The position numbers and the translations under genes were made by a program. This document shows, in pieces, positions 29,212-38,219 of a stretch of DNA of 64,000 nt. The notes under the pieces were generated by a model. The model searched no databases. It saw only the letters and a list, made by a program, of their open reading frames with translations, and was not told where the DNA came from. Origin of the DNA: a virus. The stretch spans positions 28,470 to 92,469 of IMG/VR virus record IMGVR_UViG_3300033145_002663. One strand, written 5' to 3'. Position 1 is the first letter of the stretch. Each line of letters begins with the position of its first letter.

Positions 29212-29976
29212 TTAAATTGGTATTGGATTAACCTTCATGGTCTCTAAATTTACAAAGACACCATGATATTCGATTCGGGTTTCTCGAATTAGTTTCCAGA
29301 GTATGTCCATGCCGAGCATAGCCAGCGTGGAATTGATAAACAGATCCTGCCTGCCTAAAGCCTCGGCAAGGCTGCATGACGGCCCCTGATCTTCCTCGGT
29401 TGCCCGTTCAAACTCGTCATAGAACAATTCCAGCACGTGAGGGAGCTTTTGGGATTGACCATCGGGTTGCTTTATTTCGTCCCATGAGCCAAGCACGGCC
29501 TGACCGGTCTTCTGGGTGTTGCCAAAATCCATCCAGTACATTCCTTCGTTATACTCCTGCCCCCCTCGAACATCCTCGTCCCAAAGTTCCGCCAATGCGA
29601 TGCGTGCTTCAACAGTATCGACACAGGATATAATTATATTGGTGGGATCAATAACTTCGACGGTATCCCTGCAGTACGGGATGGCATTAGCTTCCCATGC
29701 CAGTCCGAAGAACCGGTTTACCCTTGTAATCAGAGCGACGGCTTTGTTCTGCTCGATTTCGGCGGGTGAGAACAATTGTCGCCCGAAGTTGGACTCGCTC
29801 ACGATGTCCGGATCGTATGCCTGAACATAGAACCCAGGGTGCCCCAGGCCCTGCAGGGCGAAGTCCATGCGGGCCAGGCAGGTTAGCACCTGCGATCCGG
29901 TACCGCCGCACCCTACCAGCGCGACGGTGATCGGGTGTGTGGGGTCTAATAAGTATTTGTCAGCGTAGTGAGTCAT
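29212..29976 (-). CDS. PRTRC system ThiF (E1-like) protein
   Basis: VGCGGTGS, D.DIVSESNFGRQLF, CVD, WMDFGN, PSCSLAEALGRQDLFIN. Confidence 0.93.
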   Translation of the reverse strand: MTHYADKYLLDPTHPITVALVGCGGTGSQVLTCLARMDFALQGLGHPGFYVQAYDPDIVSESNFGRQLFSPAEIEQNKAVALITRVNRFFGLAWEANAIPYCRDTVEVIDPTNIIISCVDTVEARIALAELWDEDVRGGQEYNEGMYWMDFGNTQKTGQAVLGSWDEIKQPDGQSQKLPHVLELFYDEFERATEEDQGPSCSLAEALGRQDLFINSTLAMLGMDILWKLIRETRIEYHGVFVNLETMKVNPIPI

Positions 29977-30659
29977 AATAAATCCCCCAGTACCTTTGCT
30001 TTTTTCTTGGAAACCATATGTTTTTTCATGGTTGTTTTAAGGGGGAACCGGCCTCCTTTAGTTATAAGTTTCGTCCAAATAGCATTCAGGTTCTTTCTTC
30101 CCTTGCAGGGATTGGCTACAAAATGAGAAAATTTGGAGTTGAAGAAAGCCGATTCCCAGCCACGGATAATCTGATCAATGGTTTTTCCTTGTATTCTTTT
30201 AGCACTCCCCATACACATATTCCCGTCCTCGTACCTGTTGTGAAACGGGGCATAGTACAGCTCGGTTTCGAGGGTAGGGCGGTCTTTGCCGACGTAGGCA
30301 AACACGGACAGGGTGCTTCCCGTAACCATAAAGATCAAACCGGGGCACCATGCCAGGCCGTCAGGAATGTTCAAGGCGTCCGAAAAATATAGCTGGCGAA
30401 TCATCGGCGGGTAATACCAGAGGGTTTTATGAACATCATGTGTTAATAAATTTACAGGGAACAACCCGGATTTATCCGGCTGATTTTTTTGCTGAAACAG
30501 GGTGATCAAACCTTTCAGGTTTTTCCATGTCAGAGGCTTCCCGCCCAGCAGGGTGCCGTCCCGTGTAATATCATGCAGTTCCGCATAGTAATCTGTATTG
30601 GTGTCCGCCTGATATATCATCAGGGATTTTCTTAGGTGAAAGTTAGAGTAATCCATCAA
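29973..30659 (-). CDS. PRTRC system protein B (prokaryotic E2-like)
   Basis: WY.PP..R.LYF, P.LIF, RPT..T.LY.APF.N...G.MCMG, WESAFFNSKFSH. Confidence 0.88.
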   Translation of the reverse strand: MMDYSNFHLRKSLMIYQADTNTDYYAELHDITRDGTLLGGKPLTWKNLKGLITLFQQKNQPDKSGLFPVNLLTHDVHKTLWYYPPMIRQLYFSDALNIPDGLAWCPGLIFMVTGSTLSVFAYVGKDRPTLETELYYAPFHNRYEDGNMCMGSAKRIQGKTIDQIIRGWESAFFNSKFSHFVANPCKGRKNLNAIWTKLITKGGRFPLKTTMKKHMVSKKKAKVLGDLL

Positions 30660-31879
30660 GCCTCCATTAATTTTTGAGAAACACCTGTCCCCATTTCAAA
30701 AAATTTCATAAGGTTATAAGGCCATTGAGGAACTTTCAGCCTGTTAATTTCCAGGCAATCCTTGCCGGTTAAGTAAAAGTTGTGCACAAACGGAATCATG
30801 CCGACACTATTGCAATATTCTTCAGAATCTCTTAAAACTTCCTCGCCCATATAATCATCCAATGACCATACGAATCGCATATAATTATATGGGTTCGCCC
30901 CATCAATGCCTCGTTCAAATTCATAGTCGAGAAAATCATTATAGTCCAAACCGCTTCTGATTAATTCATACCCCTTAAAGCACCAGCTAAAAATCTCTAC
31001 TTCAAGATCGTTTTCAGGGTTGAATTGAGCGAGCATTTGCGCAAAATCATCTATGGAAAAATTCAGCCGATTAATACAATTTTCATAGAAACCGGGTTCA
31101 CCTTTCATGTATTTATGAATCATGTCTGAATAATACGAAATTAAACCTTCATCCGGATCGTCCTCATATTTTTCTTCCCCGATGCGCTCATCAAAATAAT
31201 CAAGCATACGCTCATCCATATCCATGTGCGGCATATTGCAATGCTTGTTTAACAAGCTCATCATGGATAGAATTAAATTATAAATCTTACGATTTTGATT
31301 CTTTAGTTTTGGCAGGTATTCCAGGGAGAGCATATAAATATCATACTCACAGACATTAGAGTATTTATGGTAAACTCGAATCAAATAGTTTGGTGACTCG
31401 ATTATTTCCCATTGAAAATCATTCGGGATGAGTCCGTGCAGTTTTTCAAGGATCGTGCCCAGCACTTTCCAGGTTGGTGTGTTTTTATCTAAGTCCGGTA
31501 TGGAAATTTCATAGTTTTTTAAGATGTTTCGTATTTCCCTTATGGCTTGAAGTTGTTTTCTTTCTGAATCAAACATTCCGTAGTGCAATTTCGCACACAC
31601 CTCCAGCTCGTGCTTTACGGCAGGCACACCATGCAGGGCGGGGCAGGTAATCGCTCGGGCCGCTCTATGCCGGTCCGGTATGCCCTGTCGGAGTCCACCA
31701 GCAGGCGCCCGACACCGTTGTGCAGCATTTTGAGCTGTTTCTCCTTTTTTTTCCTGCATTTTTTCACCTTCAAATATTCTTCGAGTGTCATTGTCTGCTA
31801 CTCCAATCGGCATACTCATCAACGTCATCGTTCTGTTTGGTTTTAAAGCAGTACTCCGATAAAAAATGGAGGCCTTCAC
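30656..31879 (-). CDS. Probable PRTRC system protein F (start uncertain)
   Basis: Size and position between proteins C and B; N-terminal ~90 aa overlap other small ORFs. Confidence 0.5.
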   Translation of the reverse strand: MKASIFYRSTALKPNRTMTLMSMPIGVADNDTRRIFEGEKMQEKKGETAQNAAQRCRAPAGGLRQGIPDRHRAARAITCPALHGVPAVKHELEVCAKLHYGMFDSERKQLQAIREIRNILKNYEISIPDLDKNTPTWKVLGTILEKLHGLIPNDFQWEIIESPNYLIRVYHKYSNVCEYDIYMLSLEYLPKLKNQNRKIYNLILSMMSLLNKHCNMPHMDMDERMLDYFDERIGEEKYEDDPDEGLISYYSDMIHKYMKGEPGFYENCINRLNFSIDDFAQMLAQFNPENDLEVEIFSWCFKGYELIRSGLDYNDFLDYEFERGIDGANPYNYMRFVWSLDDYMGEEVLRDSEEYCNSVGMIPFVHNFYLTGKDCLEINRLKVPQWPYNLMKFFEMGTGVSQKLMEA

Positions 31880-32099
31880 CCACCGGGCGACCGCACCCGC
31901 AGGAGCAGAGCTTTATTTTCTTGGGATCCTTTTTTTCGTCCTTGTGCGCTCTGTAATAATCCCTGCATCTTTTACGGTGCATATCTTTGTTGCACTCCGG
32001 ACAATATTTTCGACGGGCAGCAAAGTGGTTTGCCACCTTAAATATCTTGCCGCACTTGGGGTTTTGGCATATTACGGTGAGCATGATAACTCCTGGCAC
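31788..32099 (-). CDS. Zinc-finger protein
   Basis: CQNPKC...YCPEC...CSCGC..EYC. Confidence 0.6.
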   Translation of the reverse strand: MPGVIMLTVICQNPKCGKIFKVANHFAARRKYCPECNKDMHRKRCRDYYRAHKDEKKDPKKIKLCSCGCGRPVGEGLHFLSEYCFKTKQNDDVDEYADWSSRQ

Positions 32100-32263
32100 T
32101 CATATTTCTTGAGCATTTTTATGGCGTTCCGGTAATTTTTAAACCTTAAGAAGTGACGCAGTTTTTTTAGCTGAGCCTGGGGAAAGCCAAAATAGCAATA
32201 CTGACGCGATTCCCAGGCCACCTCCAGCTCGCCGTATGAGTTGTAATTAATGATTTCTATCAT
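32072..32263 (-). CDS. KTSC-like small protein
   Basis: YNSYGELEV.W...Y.YFGFP resembles the KTSC pattern. Confidence 0.4.
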   Translation of the reverse strand: MIEIINYNSYGELEVAWESRQYCYFGFPQAQLKKLRHFLRFKNYRNAIKMLKKYECQELSCSP

Positions 32264-32370
32264 CTTTCACCACCTCATGAATTTTCCATGCGATATCCAT
32301 GAATTCAGCAAGGCGTTCACCCTGCTGATCCATGGATAAAAATTTAAAGGGCGGTATGTCTTTGATTTGA

Positions 32371-32577
32371 TTATAGAGCTTTTGCTCCATCTCTTGCCGG
32401 GTCATTCTCCTTTATTACCTCCTTAATAATATTAGCTAATGCTACTATAGCAGCACCCTGATTCCCAAAGTATTCAGCTACAGTTTTTCCATTGAAGGGT
32501 TGACCATCAAAGTGCTTTGCATCATTTGATGTATTAGTAATTATTAAATCTAAAACCCTAATCTTCCTCTCGTTCAT
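32371..32577 (-). CDS. Hypothetical protein
   Basis: Coupled ORF. Confidence 0.55.
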   Translation of the reverse strand: MNERKIRVLDLIITNTSNDAKHFDGQPFNGKTVAEYFGNQGAAIVALANIIKEVIKENDPARDGAKAL

Positions 32578-32759
32578 TCAGTCACACCTCCTCCATACCA
32601 GGCATGGACCGTGCCGGTTTCTTCGTCCACCAGAAGATCCAATGCCACGAAATTAAAGTGGCGAAACATTGCCAGTGCTTCGCCACTTAAACCTAATTTT
32701 TCGCCCATATCTTCCATGTACTCCCGATCCAGTTCAGCTTGAACGGATACTTTTCTCAT
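32574..32759 (-). CDS. Hypothetical protein
   Basis: Coupled ORF. Confidence 0.55.
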   Translation of the reverse strand: MRKVSVQAELDREYMEDMGEKLGLSGEALAMFRHFNFVALDLLVDEETGTVHAWYGGGVTE

Positions 32760-32761
32760 AC

Positions 32762-32980
32762 CTATCCTTTCATCCCCACGGATGTGGAAAACTTGTACTC
32801 GGCTACACCGTCCTTGATTTCCGGGCCGGTAACCGTGGCAGTGGTTAGTTCGGGGTAGGTGTTGCTGTAAAACTGCAACACGTCGTGCGGGGACATCTCA
32901 GGGGCGGGATCGGTGAGCGGTTCGCCCTTATGAAGAAACACCCGTTTTATATTCGTTACGTCTAATGCCATTTGAGCCAC
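32762..32980 (-). CDS. PRTRC system protein C (ubiquitin-like)
   Basis: RVF...L.DPAP.MSP.DV..FYS..YPELTTA.V.GP.....Y.F..SVG.KG with terminal Gly. Confidence 0.93.
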   Translation of the reverse strand: MAQMALDVTNIKRVFLHKGEPLTDPAPEMSPHDVLQFYSNTYPELTTATVTGPEIKDGVAEYKFSTSVGMKG

Positions 32981-32986
32981 CCCCTT

Positions 32987-33364
32987 TTATGTAAACAAAC
33001 CTGGTTGTTGACTGACAGCACCAGGTGTCTTAACCGGCGCGGCCTTCTTTTTCACGGTCTTGTCGGTCTTTTTCACCACGGCTCGCTTTTGTTTCTCGAC
33101 CAGATCGTTATACTCGTCTATGGAACTCATTAAACCATGGGTCGATCGGCCGGCTCTTGTCAGTTCATTAATGAACCCCTCGTCCAGTTCTTTGGGAGTT
33201 CCGGATATAACCAGCGGTTTAACCTCAATCTTATCCGCTTTCTCATCCGTCTGTTTGGGCAGCACGCTCACGGCGATTTTCCCATGAACAGGCTTGCTGA
33301 TAACCATTGTTATTGTTAACTTACCCGATTCTATGACCGGGTAAATTCGTTCAAAAAACTCCAT
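32987..33364 (-). CDS. PRTRC system protein E
   Basis: MEFF...VSVLPK...PLVISGTPKELDEGF. Confidence 0.9.
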   Translation of the reverse strand: MEFFERIYPVIESGKLTITMVISKPVHGKIAVSVLPKQTDEKADKIEVKPLVISGTPKELDEGFINELTRAGRSTHGLMSSIDEYNDLVEKQKRAVVKKTDKTVKKKAAPVKTPGAVSQQPGLFT

Positions 33365-33399
33365 GCGTTTCCTCCTTTTGGGCTAATAAAATACCTCTT

Positions 33400-33439
33400 T
33401 TATACTCCAAAGTGAACATAAGTCAAGTAAAAAATGACT
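33400..33439 (-). promoter_or_regulatory. Promoter for the PRTRC-led transcript
   Basis: Minus strand GTCATTTTTTACTTGACT-16 nt-TATAAA. Confidence 0.6.
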
Positions 33440-33472
33440 TTCAAGGAATATAAAAGAGGGGTTCGCTGATAT

Positions 33473-34777
33473 CTAACTGTTTATTCCCATGATAGCGGCT
33501 TTTAAATTTCCGCCTTCGAAAAACACGGGTTTCATCGAATCATCGGACAGCTTCAGGGTAACTTTTTTACCCACGTGCTTCAGGGCGTCCGCGACATAGC
33601 CCGTATTCAACCGGACGGTCATTTCGGGATCAACCTTGCCTTTGAGAAACGGTACGTCAAACCTGCGGTATTCTCCCTTGTCGTCATTGGCAGCCTCGAC
33701 GTTCATCACGCCGTTGAGTGTGAAATCCGCGACCTCGGAGATCAGCCCGACCTGTTTTACGACGTCTTTGAACACGTCGTTGTCAATCTCGATGCTGTGA
33801 ACGGTTTTCGTACCGTTCATAAATCCCATGTAATCCGGGAAATTAACGTCTTCATCCTTGGTCAACACGGTCAGCTTGCCGTAGGTAAATTGAGCCCGGC
33901 TTCCGTTCTTGTCGATCTTCATGGTAACATCTTTGTCCTTGGCAACTTTCGCCAAAGTTCCCAGAGCACCCGCCGGCAGCGTGATGTTTTGCTTCAGGTT
34001 GATCTGATGCTTCAGCATGTGCAAACGGTTACCGTTGGTGGACACCAGATTTTTCTCCTTGGCATCGAACATAACAACCGTTTGATGCGGCGAAGCGTCA
34101 TCTTTGTAATTGCAGGCATCCGTCAAGCTTCTCAGGTCATCACCCTTTATGGTGGCAACCTGAGTCCCGGTAAATTCTCGAGCATCAGGGAACTCTTTGA
34201 TGTCGGTCAGCGGGATGCGCTGAAAATGCTCCCCGATTGCCAGGGCCGTTGCGTTGACACCCTCGGTCAAAAAGTCCGATTTTTGCTCGAACTCCTCAAC
34301 ATGAAGATCAATAACATCCCCGGAATTCTCGGAATTCACGATCTTAAGCAGGTGGTCCGGGTCTACCAGGAACCGTTCGTCAACCTCGGTCTCGGGCGGC
34401 GGCAGTTTCTCCTCGGTCTGGGCGGCGGCTTCGCTGGCATTAAATATCGATTCAACCATATCAGCTTTCTTGGCCTTCTCGCCGAGATCGATGCCGGCGT
34501 ACTCGCACAGATCGACAAGCTGCCCGACCTTCAATGATTTCAGGTCTGTGGTAAGGTCTTCGTCCGGATGCACCACGGCGGGTTTTTCGCCAACGATTTT
34601 CTGCTTGTAATCAGTCAGCGAAATCGCTACCTCACCCCTGGTCTGCATATCCGTTGCGATGATCTTCTGGCTGGGGCCATCAATCAAAACTTTTCCCAGC
34701 TCCGGATAGGACTTACCATTTTTAAACCCTTTGACCATTTTCAGGCCCTCTACAAGGTCTTTCTTTGCTACTTTCAT
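33473..34777 (-). CDS. dnaN: DNA polymerase III beta sliding clamp homologue with inserted helical domain
   Basis: IIATD, EFP, LVSTNGNRLH, FPDY, LN.GY..DAL, KPV.F....AAIM; start after AGGAGG SD. Confidence 0.8.
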   Translation of the reverse strand: MKVAKKDLVEGLKMVKGFKNGKSYPELGKVLIDGPSQKIIATDMQTRGEVAISLTDYKQKIVGEKPAVVHPDEDLTTDLKSLKVGQLVDLCEYAGIDLGEKAKKADMVESIFNASEAAAQTEEKLPPPETEVDERFLVDPDHLLKIVNSENSGDVIDLHVEEFEQKSDFLTEGVNATALAIGEHFQRIPLTDIKEFPDAREFTGTQVATIKGDDLRSLTDACNYKDDASPHQTVVMFDAKEKNLVSTNGNRLHMLKHQINLKQNITLPAGALGTLAKVAKDKDVTMKIDKNGSRAQFTYGKLTVLTKDEDVNFPDYMGFMNGTKTVHSIEIDNDVFKDVVKQVGLISEVADFTLNGVMNVEAANDDKGEYRRFDVPFLKGKVDPEMTVRLNTGYVADALKHVGKKVTLKLSDDSMKPVFFEGGNLKAAIMGINS

Positions 34778-34875
34778 ATGCACCTCCTTTGAAATAAATT
34801 TACCGAACCATACAGCCCGGCCGGATCTTATGAATCCGTGAGAACCGTCGAATTTTTTCAACAGCTCTCATGGAG

Positions 34876-35229
34876 TCACACTCGGGTTAAATCTTTATAC
34901 TTCGTTTTTAATCGAGCTATCGTTCCTCGATCTGCCATACTGTAAAACGCCCTATCGCCGACGATCAGGTGTTCGTGTATTGTGACACCAACCGATTGCA
35001 GGGCGATCATCAGTTGAAAGGTGATAGAAAGATCTTCAGGCGACGGATCGGAACTTCCTGAAGGATGGTTGTGGCAAAAAATTACCGCTGCGGCTTGTTC
35101 CTGGGCAGTCAAAGGTTTCATAATATTATATAACTCCTCAGAGTTATTTACCTTTTGCCCTTTAATATTTTCCTTAACCATTGTTGCAAATTTACCGGAT
35201 ATCAAATCCTGATAGAACTTACAATTCAT
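34876..35229 (-). pseudogene. radC: RadC/JAB domain protein with internal in-frame deletion
   Basis: AAAVIFCHNHPSG..DPSPED..IT...HEHLIVG present; central segment (..G.....V.PREV..) absent. Confidence 0.75.
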
Positions 35230-35249
35230 GCTACCACCTCCTTTTTCGC

Positions 35250-35278
35250 TTGACATTATCAATCAAAAATATTAGATT
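35250..35278 (+). promoter_or_regulatory. Sigma70 promoter
   Basis: TTGACA-17-TAGATT. Confidence 0.6.
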
Positions 35279-35285
35279 TTTCTCT

Positions 35286-35501
35286 ATGGAAAAAAAACAT
35301 GGCGGGGCGAGGGCAGGGGCAGGACGACCCAGGGGTTCAAAATCTCCAAAGACGAAATTCAAGCCGAAACATCTTCAGAGAACAGAGGTATTTTTGGGCA
35401 TTCTACGGGTAACAAAGGTGGAAATGAACCAGCTGAAAAGCCGGATCAGGAAGTCCGGCTTATCGGCCAGTGAGTGGGCGAGGCGAAGATTGTTGGGTTA
35501 G
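35286..35501 (+). CDS. Small DNA-binding protein (GGARxGAGR motif plus RHH-like tail)
   Basis: HGGARAGAGRPRG...LRVT..E...L......SGLSASEWARR. Confidence 0.7.
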   Translation: MEKKHGGARAGAGRPRGSKSPKTKFKPKHLQRTEVFLGILRVTKVEMNQLKSRIRKSGLSASEWARRRLLG

Positions 35502-35775
35502 CATTATTTTCGAACCATTCCGAAAAATTTATGCAGACTATTTCCGGATTCATCATAAAATCTCTGATTTTCTTCCTGAGATTTCTCCAGCTCATCGGTT
35601 AAAAGCAGTAATTTTCTCAATAGATCTCACCTCCTTTTTTTAGGCTCATCCTCTTTTCTCAAGAGTTAGCCTCCCCAGGGGGGCTCGCCATTACCACCAG
35701 CCTGGGGATTAAATGTAATCACAACATGTTCTGTTTTTTCCTTTCTCAAAATGGATTTTTTCTCTTACTTAAGAT

Positions 35776-35961
35776 TTACTTTTTGTAAATGTTGATACCC
35801 ATGATCGCATCTGTGCCATCAATCTTCTGGTTTCCCTCGGTGCTGGCGATGCGGATGGTTTTTCCTGACTTTGACCGGCCAAATTCCTTGGTCAGGTCAA
35901 TCTCGATCGTCATTTTTCCTTCTTTGACCTCGTAGGCCACATTCGTTCCGACAGTTTGCAT
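35776..35961 (-). CDS. Conserved small hypothetical protein
   Basis: IEIDLTKEFG.SKSGKTI.IASTEGN; AGGAGG SD. Confidence 0.75.
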   Translation of the reverse strand: MQTVGTNVAYEVKEGKMTIEIDLTKEFGRSKSGKTIRIASTEGNQKIDGTDAIMGINIYKK

Positions 35962-36156
35962 AATTTTCTCCTCCTTTTTTTTCCAACATTAATAATTAAA
36001 AAACCTTGACATATAAAACTAATGTGGGGTATATAAGAACCATGACATGCCAATTCCCACATACACAAATTGCTAAAACCACCCACATTGTAGTACCTTT
36101 TTCGCAATTCTCCAAAAAAAATTCAAAAAAATAACACCTCGTAACTAATTAAAATC

Positions 36157-36462
36157 ATTCAATGAGTAAGATGATTAACAACTAGTAAGAACTTTTGGCC
36201 TTGTTCTTACTCACTAGTATCCTTTATTATTTCCAATGGTTATCTCCACCGGGGACACTCGTGCAGAAAAAAGTTCTTACTCACCTTTTTTCTCTTATAT
36301 TTCCAATGGTTATCTATTGATTTTTTTCTATGAGTAATAAGTATAGGGGGAAAAAGTTTTCAAAAAAGTGAGATCCTAATTACTCGGGTTAGTCATCAAT
36401 GATAACAGGGGTTTACAGCGAAAAAGTTCTTACTCACACGTTAATCATGTTACTCATTGAAT
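36157..36462. repeat. Iteron-like TTACTCA(C/T) cluster bounded by ~40-bp inverted arms (candidate origin)
   Basis: 36157-36196 vs reverse complement of 36422-36462; GTTCTTACTCAC x3; TATTTCCAATGGTTATCT x2. Confidence 0.7.
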
Positions 36463-36928
36463 AATTTCCATGGGTTAAGTGTGTTTTTCGCTGCTTTTTT
36501 GATTATTGGTCAAGAAAATTCAACGAAAAACAGCGAAAAAATGCCCTATATTCCCAAGAGAGAATATATAGGCAAGAAATCTGTCAAGCCTGACCCTTTT
36601 TCGCAGGCACGTTATTTGCATAGAGCTAAAAAATGAGTTTTGGTGCAATGAATTTCCAGACGTGAAAAGCCATGTATGAGATGGCCAAAGCATAGAAAAT
36701 TTTCTCCATCAATTTTAAAATCATCATATTTTTTTCCACCCCCTTTATAGAAAAATAAACTTCATAGAAATTCCACCCAGGGTGAGCATGGAATTTCTAT
36801 CAAACCTATTTTTTCCCTCTGCATTTCGGACATAATTTTTCGTGCTCCCTGTTTATAAAGATCACACAAGTTTTCCGTCTGCACTTTTCACATTTCATGG
36901 CAGTCCCCCTTCCGTGCGTACGCACGCA

Positions 36929-36968
36929 TAAAAAAAACCGGAGGGCATACTCGATGCGCCTCCGGTTC
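36929..36968 (-). terminator. Intrinsic terminator after ParB gene
   Basis: ACCGGAGG...CCTCCGGT stem followed by T8. Confidence 0.85.
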
Positions 36969-37000
36969 TGTGTATTAAAACCTCCCCTATATAAAGCGAT

Positions 37001-37942
37001 TTATACCACGGCTTCTTTTTTCTGAACTCGAAATTCATTGAGGGTTTCGAGTAAATTGCTTGCGATTTTCGCCATCTCTTTTGCCGTTCTTTCAATCTCC
37101 GGCAATTTCTGCTTGTTGCAGAGGATGAGCATTTTCGACTCGCCATTGGTAAATGGCGACTGTGAAAATTTCTCCATCTGATTCTTGATCTGACCAAATA
37201 ACACCTTTGCAGCCTTGCGAGTTTTCTCGTCTGCTCCGTCTTTAATCTCCGCCCACAAACTCATCTGGTTATACTCGGCTAAATAGGCATCAACTTTTTT
37301 CAACATCACATCAGCGGTTCTGCCGTTTTTCGCCCATGAATAAGCCTTCTCGAATTGACTCGGCTTAAGAGAAGCGATTTTCCTTGCCACAGGTTTCGGC
37401 AGTCGGCCTTGATCCCACTCTCTTTTCATGAGTGTCGGCAGTTGCAGAATAGGGAGATCCGCCTCGATCATAGCTACGGATTTTCCAAAAGCCTTCGCAA
37501 CTTTTTCCATCGGAAGCTCATGCTCATTCAAAGCTCTGTCAATGGCTTCCAAGGTTTCCAGCGGATCCATGTTTTTCCTGACCAGGTTATCCATGATTTG
37601 ATTCAGAAAAACATCGGCCTGAGTCATGGGTTTTTCGTAGACCCTCGCCAAGATGTAAGTTTTTCCATCTTCGATCTTGAAACCATGACGGGGTTGACCA
37701 TCCCAAAATTCCTTAATAAACATTGAAACAGCAGTCAGCCGACATTCTCCATTCATCAGCATTTGCCATCCCGGAGTCTTGGGGTGCGGAAAAACATCAA
37801 TAGCGTTTTTCATGCCTTCATTCGCTATGGAAACCGCAAGTTCGCCCTTGATGTAAGACTGGGGCTTGTTTTTTCTTGGCTGATTTGGGTCAGCCTCGAT
37901 GTAATCGACATTGACATATTCATACTTGTAATCTTCTTGCAT
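37001..37942 (-). CDS. parB: ParB/Spo0J-family protein
   Basis: DPNQPRK, LA.SI...G, NGECRL.A, Q.MDNL.R.NMDPLE, HTH VAKAFGKS. Confidence 0.9.
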   Translation of the reverse strand: MQEDYKYEYVNVDYIEADPNQPRKNKPQSYIKGELAVSIANEGMKNAIDVFPHPKTPGWQMLMNGECRLTAVSMFIKEFWDGQPRHGFKIEDGKTYILARVYEKPMTQADVFLNQIMDNLVRKNMDPLETLEAIDRALNEHELPMEKVAKAFGKSVAMIEADLPILQLPTLMKREWDQGRLPKPVARKIASLKPSQFEKAYSWAKNGRTADVMLKKVDAYLAEYNQMSLWAEIKDGADEKTRKAAKVLFGQIKNQMEKFSQSPFTNGESKMLILCNKQKLPEIERTAKEMAKIASNLLETLNEFRVQKKEAVV

Positions 37943-38024
37943 AATTTTTTCCCTCCCATTTTATTGGTTGTTGTGAAAATACCTGAGCCGAGCAAACATT
38001 GGCTCAGCGATTGCCACAACTGAG

Positions 38025-38059
38025 AGGAAAAGAAACGCCGGGCTGGTTAAGCCCGGCGT
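38025..38059 (-). terminator. Intrinsic terminator or attenuator upstream of parB
   Basis: ACGCCGGGCT-TAACC-AGCCCGGCGT then TTCTTTT. Confidence 0.7.
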
Positions 38060-38219
38060 GGGAAAGCACAAATTTAAGGTTGAAAATTTTCCAAGCCGCT
38101 GAATATTTTCCATGAGATTTTATCCCGCAAATCCGTATAGCTAACAATCCCTGCCACATGGATTTAAAAAACCCATTGCCTAATTGAAAGCAAGATAAGC
38201 AGTTCCACCTCACTTCCAA

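Noticed and set aside
33575-34537. 320-aa + strand ORF and other long antisense ORFs
   Set aside because: Shadow frames of well-supported genes on the opposite strand
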